64,000 nt of DNA from Candidatus Bathyarchaeota archaeon (GCA_003601775.1 PIYN01000008.1:18880-82879); one strand, 5' to 3'. Shown: positions 45,623 through 54,646, counted from the first letter of the stretch. The notes: generated by a model from the sequence alone, not told the origin. Made by a program: numbers and translations.

Positions 45623-46523
45623 GCTGAGGGAAGGGCTCCGCGGCTTCGTGGAGCGGATATCCAAGGTCGAGCTCACGGAGAAGAACCTGGAGCCCATCCT
45701 ATGGGACCTCCAGCTCCATCTCATCGGGAGCGACGTCGCCGTATCAGTGGCCGAGAAGCTCTGCGAGGACCTCGGCAGGAGGCTGAGGGGGGCCTCCCTC
45801 GGGAGGTTCGAGGACAGGAGGGCCTTCGTCAGGGGAGTCCTGAAGGAGGTTATAGAGGAGATCCTGACCCCGAGGGAGCGGATAGACCTCCTGGAACTGG
45901 CCAGGGAGAAGAGGAGGAGCGGGGAGCCTCTGACCGTCGTCTTCATCGGGATAAACGGAACGGGGAAGACGACGACGATAGCGAAGGTCGCGAGGCTCCT
46001 CCTCGACCACGGCTACAGCGTCGTCCTCGCCTGCAGCGATACCTATCGGGCGGGGGCGATGGAGCAGCTGGAGGAGCACGCGAGGAGGCTGGGGGTCAGG
46101 ATGATAAGGCATCAGTACGGGGCCGACCCGGCCGCCGTCGGCTTTGATGCGGTGAAGTACGCTACTGCGAGGGGAGTAGAGGCCGTCCTTATCGACACGG
46201 CGGGGAGGATGCAGACAGACCGCAACCTGATGGAGGAGCTCAGTAAGATCAGGCGGGTCGTCGACCCAGACCTCACCATCCTCATCGTGGACGCGCTCAC
46301 CGGGAACGACGCGGTAGAGCAGGCAGAGATGTTTGACCGGGTCGTGGGCTTCGACGCCATCATCCTGACGAAGGTCGACGCCGATGAGAAGGGGGGCGTG
46401 AGCCTCAGCGTCGCCTATACCACGGGGAAGCCCATCATCTACGTTGGGACCGGACAAGAGTACGGGGACCTCGAGCCCTTCGATCCTCGATGGTTCGTCG
46501 AGAGAATCCTCTCAGGGACATAA
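45612..46523 (+). CDS. ftsY: Signal recognition particle receptor FtsY
   Basis: 303 aa. NG domain with GINGTGKTTTIAKVA, DTYRAGA, DTAGRMQ and TKVDADEKGG. Confidence 0.95.
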   Translation: MFSRLREGLRGFVERISKVELTEKNLEPILWDLQLHLIGSDVAVSVAEKLCEDLGRRLRGASLGRFEDRRAFVRGVLKEVIEEILTPRERIDLLELAREKRRSGEPLTVVFIGINGTGKTTTIAKVARLLLDHGYSVVLACSDTYRAGAMEQLEEHARRLGVRMIRHQYGADPAAVGFDAVKYATARGVEAVLIDTAGRMQTDRNLMEELSKIRRVVDPDLTILIVDALTGNDAVEQAEMFDRVVGFDAIILTKVDADEKGGVSLSVAYTTGKPIIYVGTGQEYGDLEPFDPRWFVERILSGT

Positions 46524-46565
46524 AGGATTTAAGATAGACGTCGAAGTACTCTCGGGTGATCAGAC

Positions 46566-46739
46566 ATGGGGATCCGATCCTTCTTCGAGTCCGCCTCGAA
46601 GCTCCTCAGATCTGCCTCGAAGCCCGACTGGAAGACCCTATGGACCTCCATAAAGATTTGTGTAGCCGGAGTGGCCATCATAGGCGGGATCGGCTTCCTC
46701 GTGAGGATCATATCCGCGACGATACAGGGAACCTCATGA
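46566..46739 (+). CDS. secE: Protein translocase subunit SecE (Sec61 gamma)
   Basis: Not in the ORF track because it is 57 aa. Hand translation: MGIRSFFESASKLLRSASKPDWKTLWTSIKICVAGVAIIGGIGFLVRIISATIQGTS. It has a single C-terminal TM and sits in the conserved position before spt5. Confidence 0.8.
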   Translation: MGIRSFFESASKLLRSASKPDWKTLWTSIKICVAGVAIIGGIGFLVRIISATIQGTS

Positions 46740-46771
46740 CCCCTTAGAAGAGGCCTCTGCCCCGGGGCAAC

Positions 46772-46779
46772 ATTTAAAA
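46772..46779 (+). promoter_or_regulatory. TATA-box-like element for the spt5-L11-L1-L10 operon
   Basis: atttaaaa lies about 40 nt upstream of the in-frame GTG at 46819. Confidence 0.4.
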
Positions 46780-46818
46780 TGATCGTTGCATTTTTCTAAC
46801 AATACACCAAAGAGAGAC

Positions 46819-47295
46819 GTGATCAGGTTGTCAGGAGAGGCTCCCAGGACCTCCCTCTACGCGGTGAAGGTCACGATAGGGCAGGAGAAGGCCGTCGTGG
46901 AGATGCTAGCCGACAGAGCGGCCACTGAGGGGATCCCCATCACGGCCATCCTCTCAGCCGCCGAGCTGAAGGGGTACATAATCATAGAGAGCCCCACCCC
47001 GCACCACGTCGACGAGCTGATCCGGGGTATGAGGCACGTGAGGGGGAGGGTCCAAGGGGTGGTCGACTACGCGGAGGTGGACCGCTACCTCCAGGCGAGG
47101 CCGGCGGTGGAGGGGCTCGCCGTCGGGACCATCGTCGAGATCATCGCGGGGCCCTTCAAGGGGATGCAGGCGAAGGTCATGAACGTGGATAAGGTGAAGG
47201 AGGAGGTCACCATCGAGATCCTCGAGGCGAGTTACACCCTCCCCATCACCGTCCACGCCGATTACGTGAGACCCATCAAGGGGGTCAGCCCATAG
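46819..47295 (+). CDS. spt5: Transcription elongation factor Spt5 (NusG)
   Basis: NGN domain LYAVKVTIGQEKAVVEML and KOW GTIVEIIAGPFKGMQAKV. The ORF opens at TTG 46786, but that codon lies only 7-14 nt downstream of the TATA element and upstream of the predicted transcription start. GTG 46819 or TTG 46828 is more plausible. Confidence 0.88.
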   Translation: MIRLSGEAPRTSLYAVKVTIGQEKAVVEMLADRAATEGIPITAILSAAELKGYIIIESPTPHHVDELIRGMRHVRGRVQGVVDYAEVDRYLQARPAVEGLAVGTIVEIIAGPFKGMQAKVMNVDKVKEEVTIEILEASYTLPITVHADYVRPIKGVSP

Positions 47296-47311
47296 GCCTG
47301 GGTGATCGGAG

Positions 47312-47800
47312 ATGGTGAAGAAGACCTTCAGGGTCATAGTGACGGCGGGGGAGGCGACGGGAGGGCCGCCCATAGGTCCGCTCATCGGACCCCTCGGCGT
47401 CAACATAATGGCCGTCGTGAACAGGATCAACGAGATGACGGAGAGCTACAAGGGGACGAAGGTTCCCGTCGAGATAACCATAGACACGGACACGAAGGAG
47501 TTCGAGATAAAGGTCGGGATGCTCACGACGACCGCCCTCATACTGAAGGAGTTGGGGATAGAGAAGGGGTCTGGGAAGCCGAACATGGAGCCCGTGGGGG
47601 ACCTCTCCTTCGAGCAGGTGATCAAGATCGCGAAGCTGAAGAGGGAGGGCCTCCTCGCGTCGAGCTTCAAGGCCGCCGTTAAGGAGATCCTTGGGAGCTG
47701 CCTGAGCATGGGGGTCACCGTCGAGGGGAGGTCGGCGAAGGAGGTCTTGAGGGAGGTCAAGGAGGGGAAGTACGACGACCTCCTCGAGGAAACGAACTAA
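47312..47800 (+). CDS. rpl11: 50S ribosomal protein L11 (uL11)
   Basis: 162 aa. Contains GGEATGGPPIGPLIGPLGVNIMAVVNRINE. Confidence 0.95.
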   Translation: MVKKTFRVIVTAGEATGGPPIGPLIGPLGVNIMAVVNRINEMTESYKGTKVPVEITIDTDTKEFEIKVGMLTTTALILKELGIEKGSGKPNMEPVGDLSFEQVIKIAKLKREGLLASSFKAAVKEILGSCLSMGVTVEGRSAKEVLREVKEGKYDDLLEETN

Positions 47801-47840
47801 AGTTTAAATCCTCGGCGGGAAACTTGATGGGGGCTTAGGA

Positions 47841-48488
47841 ATGGCTGTCTCGAGGAGGGAGATCCTGAGGGCCCTCAAGGAGTTGAGGGAGAAACGAGTG
47901 GAGAGGAACTTCAAGCAGTCCATAGACCTCATCGTGAACCTCAAGGACCTTGACCTTAGGAGGCCGGAGAACAGGGTCAACCTCAGGGTCGAGCTCCCCC
48001 ATGGAACGGGCAAGGAGAGGAAGGTCTGCGTCTTCGCCGAGGGAGACCTCGCTCTAAAGGCGAGGGAGGCGGGCGTCGACCTAATCCTCGGCCAAGACCG
48101 CCTGAGGGAGCTCTCCTCGAACCGGAAGGAGGCGAAGAAGCTCCTCACCAAGTATGATGTATTCCTGGCTGAGGCACCCCTCATGCCCCTCGTCGGTAGG
48201 GTCGCAGGGCCCATCCTCGGCCCGAGGGGGAGGATGCCGACGCCTGTCCCGCCGAACGCCCCTCTGGAGCAGATCCTGGAGAGGCAGAGGAGGACCGTCC
48301 TCCTGAGGAGCAGGGATAGGCCGCTGGTTCAGTGTAGCGTTGGCACGGAGGACATGGGGGATGAGGAGATCGCGGAGAATGTGGAGGCGGTGCTCTCCGC
48401 CCTCGTCGGGAGCCTGAGGAGGGGGGCGGGGAACATCAAGTCCATCTACCTCAAGATGACGATGGGGCCCCCTGTGAGGTTGAAGTAG
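47841..48488 (+). CDS. rpl1: 50S ribosomal protein L1 (uL1)
   Basis: 215 aa. Contains RNFKQSIDLIVNLKDLD, LPHGTGKERKVCVFA and GPILGPRGRMPTPV. Confidence 0.95.
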   Translation: MAVSRREILRALKELREKRVERNFKQSIDLIVNLKDLDLRRPENRVNLRVELPHGTGKERKVCVFAEGDLALKAREAGVDLILGQDRLRELSSNRKEAKKLLTKYDVFLAEAPLMPLVGRVAGPILGPRGRMPTPVPPNAPLEQILERQRRTVLLRSRDRPLVQCSVGTEDMGDEEIAENVEAVLSALVGSLRRGAGNIKSIYLKMTMGPPVRLK

Positions 48489-49352
48489 ATGCAGGCAGTA
48501 TTAAGGGTGCCGAGGAGAAAGGTGGAGATCGTAGAGGAGACCATCGAGCTCCTCAAAAGGTATAAGGTGATAGGGGTCGCCGACCTCCACAAGGTGCGGA
48601 GCGGCCTCCTCCAGGACCTCAGGAGGCAGTTGAGGGGGAGGGTGGTGATCAAGTGCATAAAGAACACTCTCCTCAGGAGGGCGATGGAGGAGCTGAAGCT
48701 CCCGAGGGCGCGGGAGTTCTTCGAGCAGATCCCCGGATCGAATATCTTCATCTTCTCCAACATGAACCCCTTCAAGCTCTCCCTCCTCCTCCAGAGGAAC
48801 AAGGTGAGGGTCATCGCGAAGCCTGGGGACATCGCCCCCGAGGACATCACCGTCCCCGCGGGGAACACGGGGCTCGCCCCGGGACCGATACTCAGCAGGT
48901 TCGGCCAAGTCGGGATTAGAACCCGCATCGAGTCGGGGTCGATCTGGGTGGTGGAGGACACGGTGGTGGCAAGGGCTGGGGAGAAGATCTCCGAGGACCT
49001 CGCGACGATCCTCGCCCGCCTCGGCATCAAGGCGGCGGAGATGAGCCTCACCCTCAAGGCGGCCTATGAGGATGGGAGGATCATCACCCGGGAGGAGCTG
49101 ATGGTCGACCTCGAGGCGGTGAGGGAGCAGTTGAGGAAGGCGGCCGCCGACTCCCTTCAAGTAGCGGTGAGAGCGGCCTACCCGACGCCCGAGACCATCG
49201 TCTACCTCCTCTCCATGGCGAGGGAGAACGCGCTGAAAGTGGCCGTGGAGGGGGGGTACATCACCCCGGAGACGGCCCCGCTCATCATCGCGAAGGCCCA
49301 TGCGATGGCGGCAGCCCTGGAGCGGCGGATCAGCGAGGCACAGACAGGTTAG
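48489..49352 (+). CDS. rpl10: 50S ribosomal stalk protein P0 (uL10), short form lacking the acidic C-terminal tail
   Basis: 287 aa. Contains VADLHKVRSGLLQDLRRQLRG and two AYPTPET/YITPET spine-helix repeats. It ends ...AALERRISEAQTG with no K/E-rich linker or GLxALF tail. Confidence 0.88.
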   Translation: MQAVLRVPRRKVEIVEETIELLKRYKVIGVADLHKVRSGLLQDLRRQLRGRVVIKCIKNTLLRRAMEELKLPRAREFFEQIPGSNIFIFSNMNPFKLSLLLQRNKVRVIAKPGDIAPEDITVPAGNTGLAPGPILSRFGQVGIRTRIESGSIWVVEDTVVARAGEKISEDLATILARLGIKAAEMSLTLKAAYEDGRIITREELMVDLEAVREQLRKAAADSLQVAVRAAYPTPETIVYLLSMARENALKVAVEGGYITPETAPLIIAKAHAMAAALERRISEAQTG

Positions 49353-49382
49353 AGGCTTTCGGTCCGGTGCCCCTCCATCCCC

Positions 49383-50090
49383 CTAATGCACCATGGATCC
49401 CTTGAATAGTTTATCTTGGAGGCCGAGGGCTACCTCGTACTGGTAGATGAGCCTCGAGGTGACGACCCAGGCGTCCAAGACCTCGGGGTCTATGCTCACC
49501 GCCTCGTCCACCAGCCTGAGGACCTCCTCCCTCATCGGCCCGTGGGGGTAGGCCCCTATGAAGACCATCGGCCTCTCCTCGGGGGCGAGCCTCGAGCAGA
49601 CCTCCCTCAGGGTCTCGGGCTCCCCGTGGCTGGTGAGGGCGGTGACCCTTGTAGGGACCGCCTCTGCGACGAGCTGCTCCAGCGTCTTCTCCTCGGCCCT
49701 CAGCAGCGGCTCCCCTCCTGGGGGGACCTGTCCCTCCGAGAGGAGCTGTTCCATGAGGCCCACGAACCTGTTGTAGTTCTTGGGGAGCCTCACCTCCGGC
49801 GAGACGGTGATGGCTATCCCCCTATAGGTGTGGACGTAGACCCTGAGAAGGCGCTCCCTGTTCAGCGGCGTCCCCAGGGCCTCGAGGAGGCAGAAGTGGA
49901 GGATATCCGGCCGCCCCCTCCTCTCTGCGTCCCTCAGGTGCCTCATGGCGCTGTGGTGTAGCGTCCTGTCCAAGAGTATCCTCCCTGGCTCCTTCCCCCT
50001 CCTTCTGACGCTCGCCTTCACGGCCGGGTGTCCCCAGAGGCCTGGGGGAACGGTCTCGAGGGCCGCCTCCACGAAGACCAGGGTGAGCAT
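49383..50090 (-). CDS. nep1: rRNA small-subunit pseudouridine methyltransferase Nep1 (Emg1)
   Basis: 235 aa. Contains LTLVFVEAALETVP, ILLDRTLHHSAM, RGRPDILHFCLL and the SPOUT fold. Confidence 0.9.
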   Translation of the reverse strand: MLTLVFVEAALETVPPGLWGHPAVKASVRRRGKEPGRILLDRTLHHSAMRHLRDAERRGRPDILHFCLLEALGTPLNRERLLRVYVHTYRGIAITVSPEVRLPKNYNRFVGLMEQLLSEGQVPPGGEPLLRAEEKTLEQLVAEAVPTRVTALTSHGEPETLREVCSRLAPEERPMVFIGAYPHGPMREEVLRLVDEAVSIDPEVLDAWVVTSRLIYQYEVALGLQDKLFKGSMVH

Positions 50091-50146
50091 CCAACCCCAA
50101 GATAAAAAAGAGGGTGTCCCTCCTTTTAACCTTGGATGGTGGGGCC

Positions 50147-50368
50147 TTGGCTGAGGAGTTCACCCTGGCGCCGATGAGGAGGCTGTTGAAGAGGGTCAAG
50201 AACCTGAGGGTGAGCGAGGGGGCTAGCGAGGAGCTGAGGAGGGTCCTCGGCGAGATCGGCCTCCTGCTTGCAGAGGCAGCGGTCGCCCACGCGGAGGAGG
50301 AGGGGAGGAGGACGGTGCTGAGGAAGGATATCAGGGCGGCGGCGGAGCGCGTCCTGGGGAGGAGGTAG
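50147..50368 (+). CDS. Archaeal histone (HMf/CBF-NFY histone fold)
   Basis: Contains LAPMRRLLKRVKNLRVSEGASEELRRVLGEIGLLLAEAAVAHAEEEGRRTVLRKDIRAAAE. The ORF opens at GTG 50114. TTG 50147 (or 50132) gives a typical ~70-aa histone. Confidence 0.85.
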   Translation: MAEEFTLAPMRRLLKRVKNLRVSEGASEELRRVLGEIGLLLAEAAVAHAEEEGRRTVLRKDIRAAAERVLGRR

Positions 50369-50371
50369 CCC

Positions 50372-51004
50372 TTGGAGGACCTAGAGCCAAGGGCTGAGGG
50401 GGGAGGCTACCCCTGGTGGCTCACCCTCCTCGCCGGGAGGGGCGGGGAGGAGTTCCTCCTGAGCCTGAAGTACCCTTTCCTGATCTGCCTCATCCTATTC
50501 ACGGCCTCCTTCATCTTCGGATGCCTCCTCCTGAACAGGATCTCCTTGGGGGAGCTTGAGAGGATCTTCGGGGGGCTCCCGAACCTGGAGGACTTTACTC
50601 CCACCTTCTTGATGCTCTTCATCTTCGGGAACAACGCCCTCAAATGCCTCCTCTGGACGTCGCTGGGCATCCTCTTCGGTGTCGCCCCCCTCCTCTTCAC
50701 CTCCTTCAACGGGTTCCTCCTCGGCCTGGTCGCCCACCACGTCTACCGAGTTCGAGGACCCCTCTTCGTCATCCTCACCATCCTACCCCACGGGGTCGTG
50801 GAGTTGCCGACGACCCTCCTCAGCGCCGCCATAGGCGTCAGACTCGGCTACAGCCTCATCAACAGGCTCAGAGGGGGGCGGGGCCTCACGGGAGAGGTCA
50901 AGAGGGGGTTGGCCCTCTTCCTCAAGAGGATCCTCCCCTTGCTGCTCCTGGCCGCCGTCATAGAGGCCTTCGTCACGCCCTTCCTCGCCTACCTCCTCTA
51001 CTGA
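50372..51004 (+). CDS. SpoIIM/DUF95-family membrane protein
   Basis: 210 aa. Contains ILPHGVVELPTTLLSAAIGVRLG and several TM segments. Confidence 0.72.
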   Translation: MEDLEPRAEGGGYPWWLTLLAGRGGEEFLLSLKYPFLICLILFTASFIFGCLLLNRISLGELERIFGGLPNLEDFTPTFLMLFIFGNNALKCLLWTSLGILFGVAPLLFTSFNGFLLGLVAHHVYRVRGPLFVILTILPHGVVELPTTLLSAAIGVRLGYSLINRLRGGRGLTGEVKRGLALFLKRILPLLLLAAVIEAFVTPFLAYLLY

Positions 51005-51012
51005 GAGGGGGG

Positions 51013-51711
51013 TCAGAACCTGATCTTGCATTCCCCGAAGTAGTGGGAGACCTGGTCGTGGAGTCCCTGGAGCTCCTCCCTGGAGTAGGGCTTCACCCTC
51101 GTGAAGGCTGGGTCGAGGGCCCTCACGGGCCTGAACTGCTGGAGGACGTACCTCTTCGACCCCCTCAGGAACTCCGCGATCTCGAGGACGTCCTCCTTGG
51201 ACAGGAGGCCCGGGACGACGGTGGTCCTGAACTCGTAGTCCACCCGTCCCCGCCTCAGGAGGCTTATGCTCTTCTTTATCGCCGAGAGGGGGATCTCCCT
51301 CCCCACCACCTCGTGGTACCTCCTCAGGGGGGCCTTGATATCCATGGCCACGTAGTCGACGAGACGCCTCTTCAACAGCTCCTCCAACATCCTCGGCCTC
51401 GAGCCGTTTGTATCGAGCTTCACGGGGACCCCGAGGGCCTTCACCCTCAGGAGGAAATCTGGTAGCTCCCTATGTATGGTGGGCTCCCCTCCCCCAACGC
51501 AGAGGCCGTCGAGGAAGCCCCTCCTCTCCCTGAGGAGATTCAGGACCTCCTCTTCAGGTATCGTGGGGAGGCTATCCGGCTCCAGGACGAGCTTGGAGTT
51601 GTAGCAGTAGGGGCACCTGAAGTTACAGCCTCCGAGGAAGATGGTGGCGCAGAGCCTCCCGGGATAGTCTATGAGGGAGAGCCTCTGGACCCCCTTGATG
51701 GGTAGGGCCAT
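51013..51711 (-). CDS. nrdG: Anaerobic ribonucleoside-triphosphate reductase activating protein (radical SAM)
   Basis: 232 aa. Contains SLIDYPGRLCATIFLGGCNFRCPYCYN. It lies immediately downstream of nrdD. Confidence 0.9.
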   Translation of the reverse strand: MALPIKGVQRLSLIDYPGRLCATIFLGGCNFRCPYCYNSKLVLEPDSLPTIPEEEVLNLLRERRGFLDGLCVGGGEPTIHRELPDFLLRVKALGVPVKLDTNGSRPRMLEELLKRRLVDYVAMDIKAPLRRYHEVVGREIPLSAIKKSISLLRRGRVDYEFRTTVVPGLLSKEDVLEIAEFLRGSKRYVLQQFRPVRALDPAFTRVKPYSREELQGLHDQVSHYFGECKIRF

Positions 51712-51714
51712 TAT

Positions 51715-53505
51715 TCACACCATCCCCGAATCGATGTTATAAGTGCGCCTCTGCCTGAACTCCTCGCGCTTCCCCTCGTGCCAGTTCTGCACCGGGCGGT
51801 AGTAGCCGACGACCCTGGAGTAGACCTCCGTCTCCCTCCCGCAGATGGGGCATCGACGGCGCTCCCCGGAGAGGTACCCGTGATCCGGGCAGACGCTGAA
51901 GGTCGGGGTGACGGTGTAGTAGGGGATCCTGAAGCGTTCAGCGATCCTCCTCACCAGGAGCTTGCACCCCTCTCCCTCGGAGAGGCGCTCCCCGAGGAAG
52001 ATGTGGAAGACGGTGCCGCCGGTGTAGAGGGCCTGGAGCTCCTCCTGCTTCTTGAGGGCCTCGTAGAGGTCGTCCGTGTAGTTCACGGGGAGCTGCGTGG
52101 AGTTGGTGTAGTAGGGGATCCTCTCCCCGGCCGTGATGATGTCGGGGTACCGCTCCCTGTCGAGGCGTGCGAGCCTGTAGCTCGCCCCCTCCGCTGGCGT
52201 CGCCTCGATATTATAGATATGCTCCGTCTCCTCCTGGAACTCCCTGCTCCTCTCCCTCATGTGCTTGAGGACCTTCACCGCGAACTCCCTACCGGCGTCG
52301 GAGCCGATATCCTCGCCGAGGAAGTTGAGGCAGGCCTCGTTCATCCCGACGAGGCCTATGGTGGAGAAGTGCCACCTCAGCGTCCCGAGGTAACGCCGCG
52401 TGAAGGGGAGGAGGCCCCTGTCTATGTTCTCCTGGACGACCCTCCTCTTTATCTCCAGGCTCTCCTTCGCCAGGTCCATCAGCCTGTCGAGGCGCTCGAA
52501 GAAGTCGTCCTCCTCCTTCGAGAGGTAGCCGATGCGGGGCATGTTTATGGTGACGACGCCGACGCTCCCCGTCTTATCGGCGTAGCCGAAGTAGCCCCCG
52601 ACGCGGCGGTAGACCTCCCTGAGGTCGAGGCGGAGGCGGCAGCACATGGCCCTGACGTCCTTGGGGTCGAGGTCGCTGTTGATGAAGTTCTGGAAGTAGG
52701 GGTTCCCGTACTTCGCCGTCATCTCGAAGAGGGCGTCTGAGACGGGGCTGTCCCAGTCGAAGTCCTTGGTGATGTTGTAGGTGGGTATGGGGAAGGTGAA
52801 GACGCGACCCCGCATATCCCCCTCCAGCATGACCTCGCAGAAGGCGCGGTTGATCAGGTCCATCTCGGGCTGGAAGTCGCCGTAGGTCTCCTCGAGGAGA
52901 CGCCCCCCGTAGATGGCATGGGAGTCCCTCAGGTCCTCAGGCGGCTTCAGGTCGAAGGTGATGTTCGTGAAGGGGGTCTGGCCACCCCACCTGGAGGTGA
53001 TGTTGAGGTTGTAGATGAACTGCTGGACCTCCTGCTTCACCCCCTTGTAGTCCAGCCGATCCATCCGGACGTAGGGGGCGAGGTAGGTGTCGAGGGAGTT
53101 GAAGGCCTGGGCGCCCGCCCACTCGTTCTGGAGGGTTCCGACGAAGTTCGCCAACTGGAGGAGGGCCGTCGAGAGGTGCCTCGCCGGCTTGGACTCCACG
53201 CGGCCTGGGACGCCGTTGAAGCCCTCCATGAGGATATCCGCCACGCTCCACCCCGCGCAGTAGCCTACGATCCCCATGTAGAGGTTGTGGATATGGAAGT
53301 CCCCGCTCCGATGGGCCTCAGCCACCTCCCTCGGATAGATCTTCTCCAAGGTATACCGGGCCATGGCCTCCCCTGCGAGGTGGAGGAAGACGGAGGAGAA
53401 GGAGTAGGAGAGGTTGCTGTTCTCCCGGCTACGCCAGTCCGCCTGGCTGAGGTAGTCGTCGACGGTCCGGACCACGTCCAACCTCCTAAAGGAATCTTCA
53501 CCCAT
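51715..53505 (-). CDS. nrdD: Anaerobic ribonucleoside-triphosphate reductase (class III)
   Basis: 596 aa. C-terminal Zn site CPDHG...CPICG followed by the glycyl-radical motif SRVVGYYRPV. Confidence 0.9.
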   Translation of the reverse strand: MGEDSFRRLDVVRTVDDYLSQADWRSRENSNLSYSFSSVFLHLAGEAMARYTLEKIYPREVAEAHRSGDFHIHNLYMGIVGYCAGWSVADILMEGFNGVPGRVESKPARHLSTALLQLANFVGTLQNEWAGAQAFNSLDTYLAPYVRMDRLDYKGVKQEVQQFIYNLNITSRWGGQTPFTNITFDLKPPEDLRDSHAIYGGRLLEETYGDFQPEMDLINRAFCEVMLEGDMRGRVFTFPIPTYNITKDFDWDSPVSDALFEMTAKYGNPYFQNFINSDLDPKDVRAMCCRLRLDLREVYRRVGGYFGYADKTGSVGVVTINMPRIGYLSKEEDDFFERLDRLMDLAKESLEIKRRVVQENIDRGLLPFTRRYLGTLRWHFSTIGLVGMNEACLNFLGEDIGSDAGREFAVKVLKHMRERSREFQEETEHIYNIEATPAEGASYRLARLDRERYPDIITAGERIPYYTNSTQLPVNYTDDLYEALKKQEELQALYTGGTVFHIFLGERLSEGEGCKLLVRRIAERFRIPYYTVTPTFSVCPDHGYLSGERRRCPICGRETEVYSRVVGYYRPVQNWHEGKREEFRQRRTYNIDSGMV

Positions 53506-53593
53506 GTGTTACACTCAAAGAAGAGAAGTAGGAGGGAGGACCCTTAAACCTATCGGACCCTTCCCCCACGGCAACGATTGAGGAAAGGGGAGC

Positions 53594-54379
53594 GTGGGAA
53601 TCCCACCGATTATATCTTCGAGTACCCCATTTAATCAGGGAACAACCTTGACGAGTTCAAGGGATGTCGAGAGGAGGGTCCTGCTCTCCATCCTGGACCT
53701 CACGAGGGAGGGGCCCACCTCCAGTGCCACGATCAGGAGGAGGAGTCGAGTGCCGGAGTCAACCCTCAGGGAGTTCTTGGAAAGGCTCTATGATGGAGGC
53801 CTCATCCGCCTATCCGGCGACCGAGTCGAGGCCTCTCCCACGCAGAGGATCGGTATCGCCGTGAGGGCCGTGGTTCTGGGGGGAGACTTGGAGCGGGTCT
53901 CCCGGGGCCTCGGCTGGTTGGAGTTCGAGAACTTCGTTGCACTCGCCTTCCAGGAGAACGGGTATGCCGTGAGGAGGCATCTCCGCTTCAGGTCCCAGGG
54001 ACGTCGATGGGAGGTCGACCTCCTCGCCCTGCGTAGACCCCTTATGGTCCTCGTGGAGTGTAAGCACTGGCTCCACGGCCTCGCCGCCTCCATCATCAGG
54101 AAGACCGTGAAGGAGCACCTGGCCAAGGCCAAGGCCTTCACCGAGGCCCTGCCGGGGCTGAGGAGGGGGGTCAACCTCCTCGGATGGTCCCATGCCACGG
54201 TGGTCCCCGCCCTCGTGAGCCTGACCCAGAGCCCCTTCAAGTTCTACGAGGCCGTCCCCGTCGTCCCGGTCCTCCAACTCCCCAGCTTCATCTCCGACCT
54301 CCCAGCCCACATACCCCATCTCGCACACCTAAGGGTCGAGCTCCCTCCCTCCTTAGATGACCTCCTCCCTGAGAGGTAA
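53594..54379 (+). CDS. Winged-helix plus PD-(D/E)xK (Mrr-like) nuclease-domain protein
   Basis: N-terminal wHTH VLLSILDLTREGPTSSATIRRRSRVPESTLREFLERLYDGGLI. The nuclease core is FENFVALAFQENGYAV...RWEVDLLAL...LVLVECKHW (D...ExK). Confidence 0.68.
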   Translation: MGIPPIISSSTPFNQGTTLTSSRDVERRVLLSILDLTREGPTSSATIRRRSRVPESTLREFLERLYDGGLIRLSGDRVEASPTQRIGIAVRAVVLGGDLERVSRGLGWLEFENFVALAFQENGYAVRRHLRFRSQGRRWEVDLLALRRPLMVLVECKHWLHGLAASIIRKTVKEHLAKAKAFTEALPGLRRGVNLLGWSHATVVPALVSLTQSPFKFYEAVPVVPVLQLPSFISDLPAHIPHLAHLRVELPPSLDDLLPER

Positions 54380-54413
54380 GGGATATGTCCCCGAGGACCC
54401 AGATTCTTAGGAG

Positions 54414-54641
54414 GTGGATTCCTGGATGAGGTATGAGGTCGAGGTAAGGTTTCACAGGGACTTCATCGAGGTCCATGGTAACCGGATCATCATCGGCCTA
54501 ACCTCCAAGCCCGAGAGGGGTAGGGCCAACAGGGAGCTGATAAGGAAGCTGGCTAAGCATTTTAATCTCCCGCAGTCCCACGTCAGGATCGTCTCCGGGG
54601 TGAGGTCGAGGAAGAAGGTCGTCGAGATAATCGAGGAGTGA
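54414..54641 (+). CDS. DUF167/YggU-family (UPF0235) protein
   Basis: 75 aa. Contains IIIGLTSKPERGRANRELIRKLAKHFNLPQSHVRIVSGVRSRKKVVEI. Confidence 0.8.
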   Translation: MDSWMRYEVEVRFHRDFIEVHGNRIIIGLTSKPERGRANRELIRKLAKHFNLPQSHVRIVSGVRSRKKVVEIIEE

Positions 54642-54646
54642 CCACC

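Noticed and set aside
46556-46747. 63-aa ORF from the track (MIRHGDPILL...)
   Set aside because: A different frame in the same interval (46566-46739) encodes a textbook SecE with a C-terminal TM helix, in the conserved position before spt5.
50644-51465. 273-aa plus-strand ORF
   Set aside because: It overlaps the 3' part of the SpoIIM-like gene in another frame and is antisense to nrdG. The product is a Pro/Arg/His-rich shadow.
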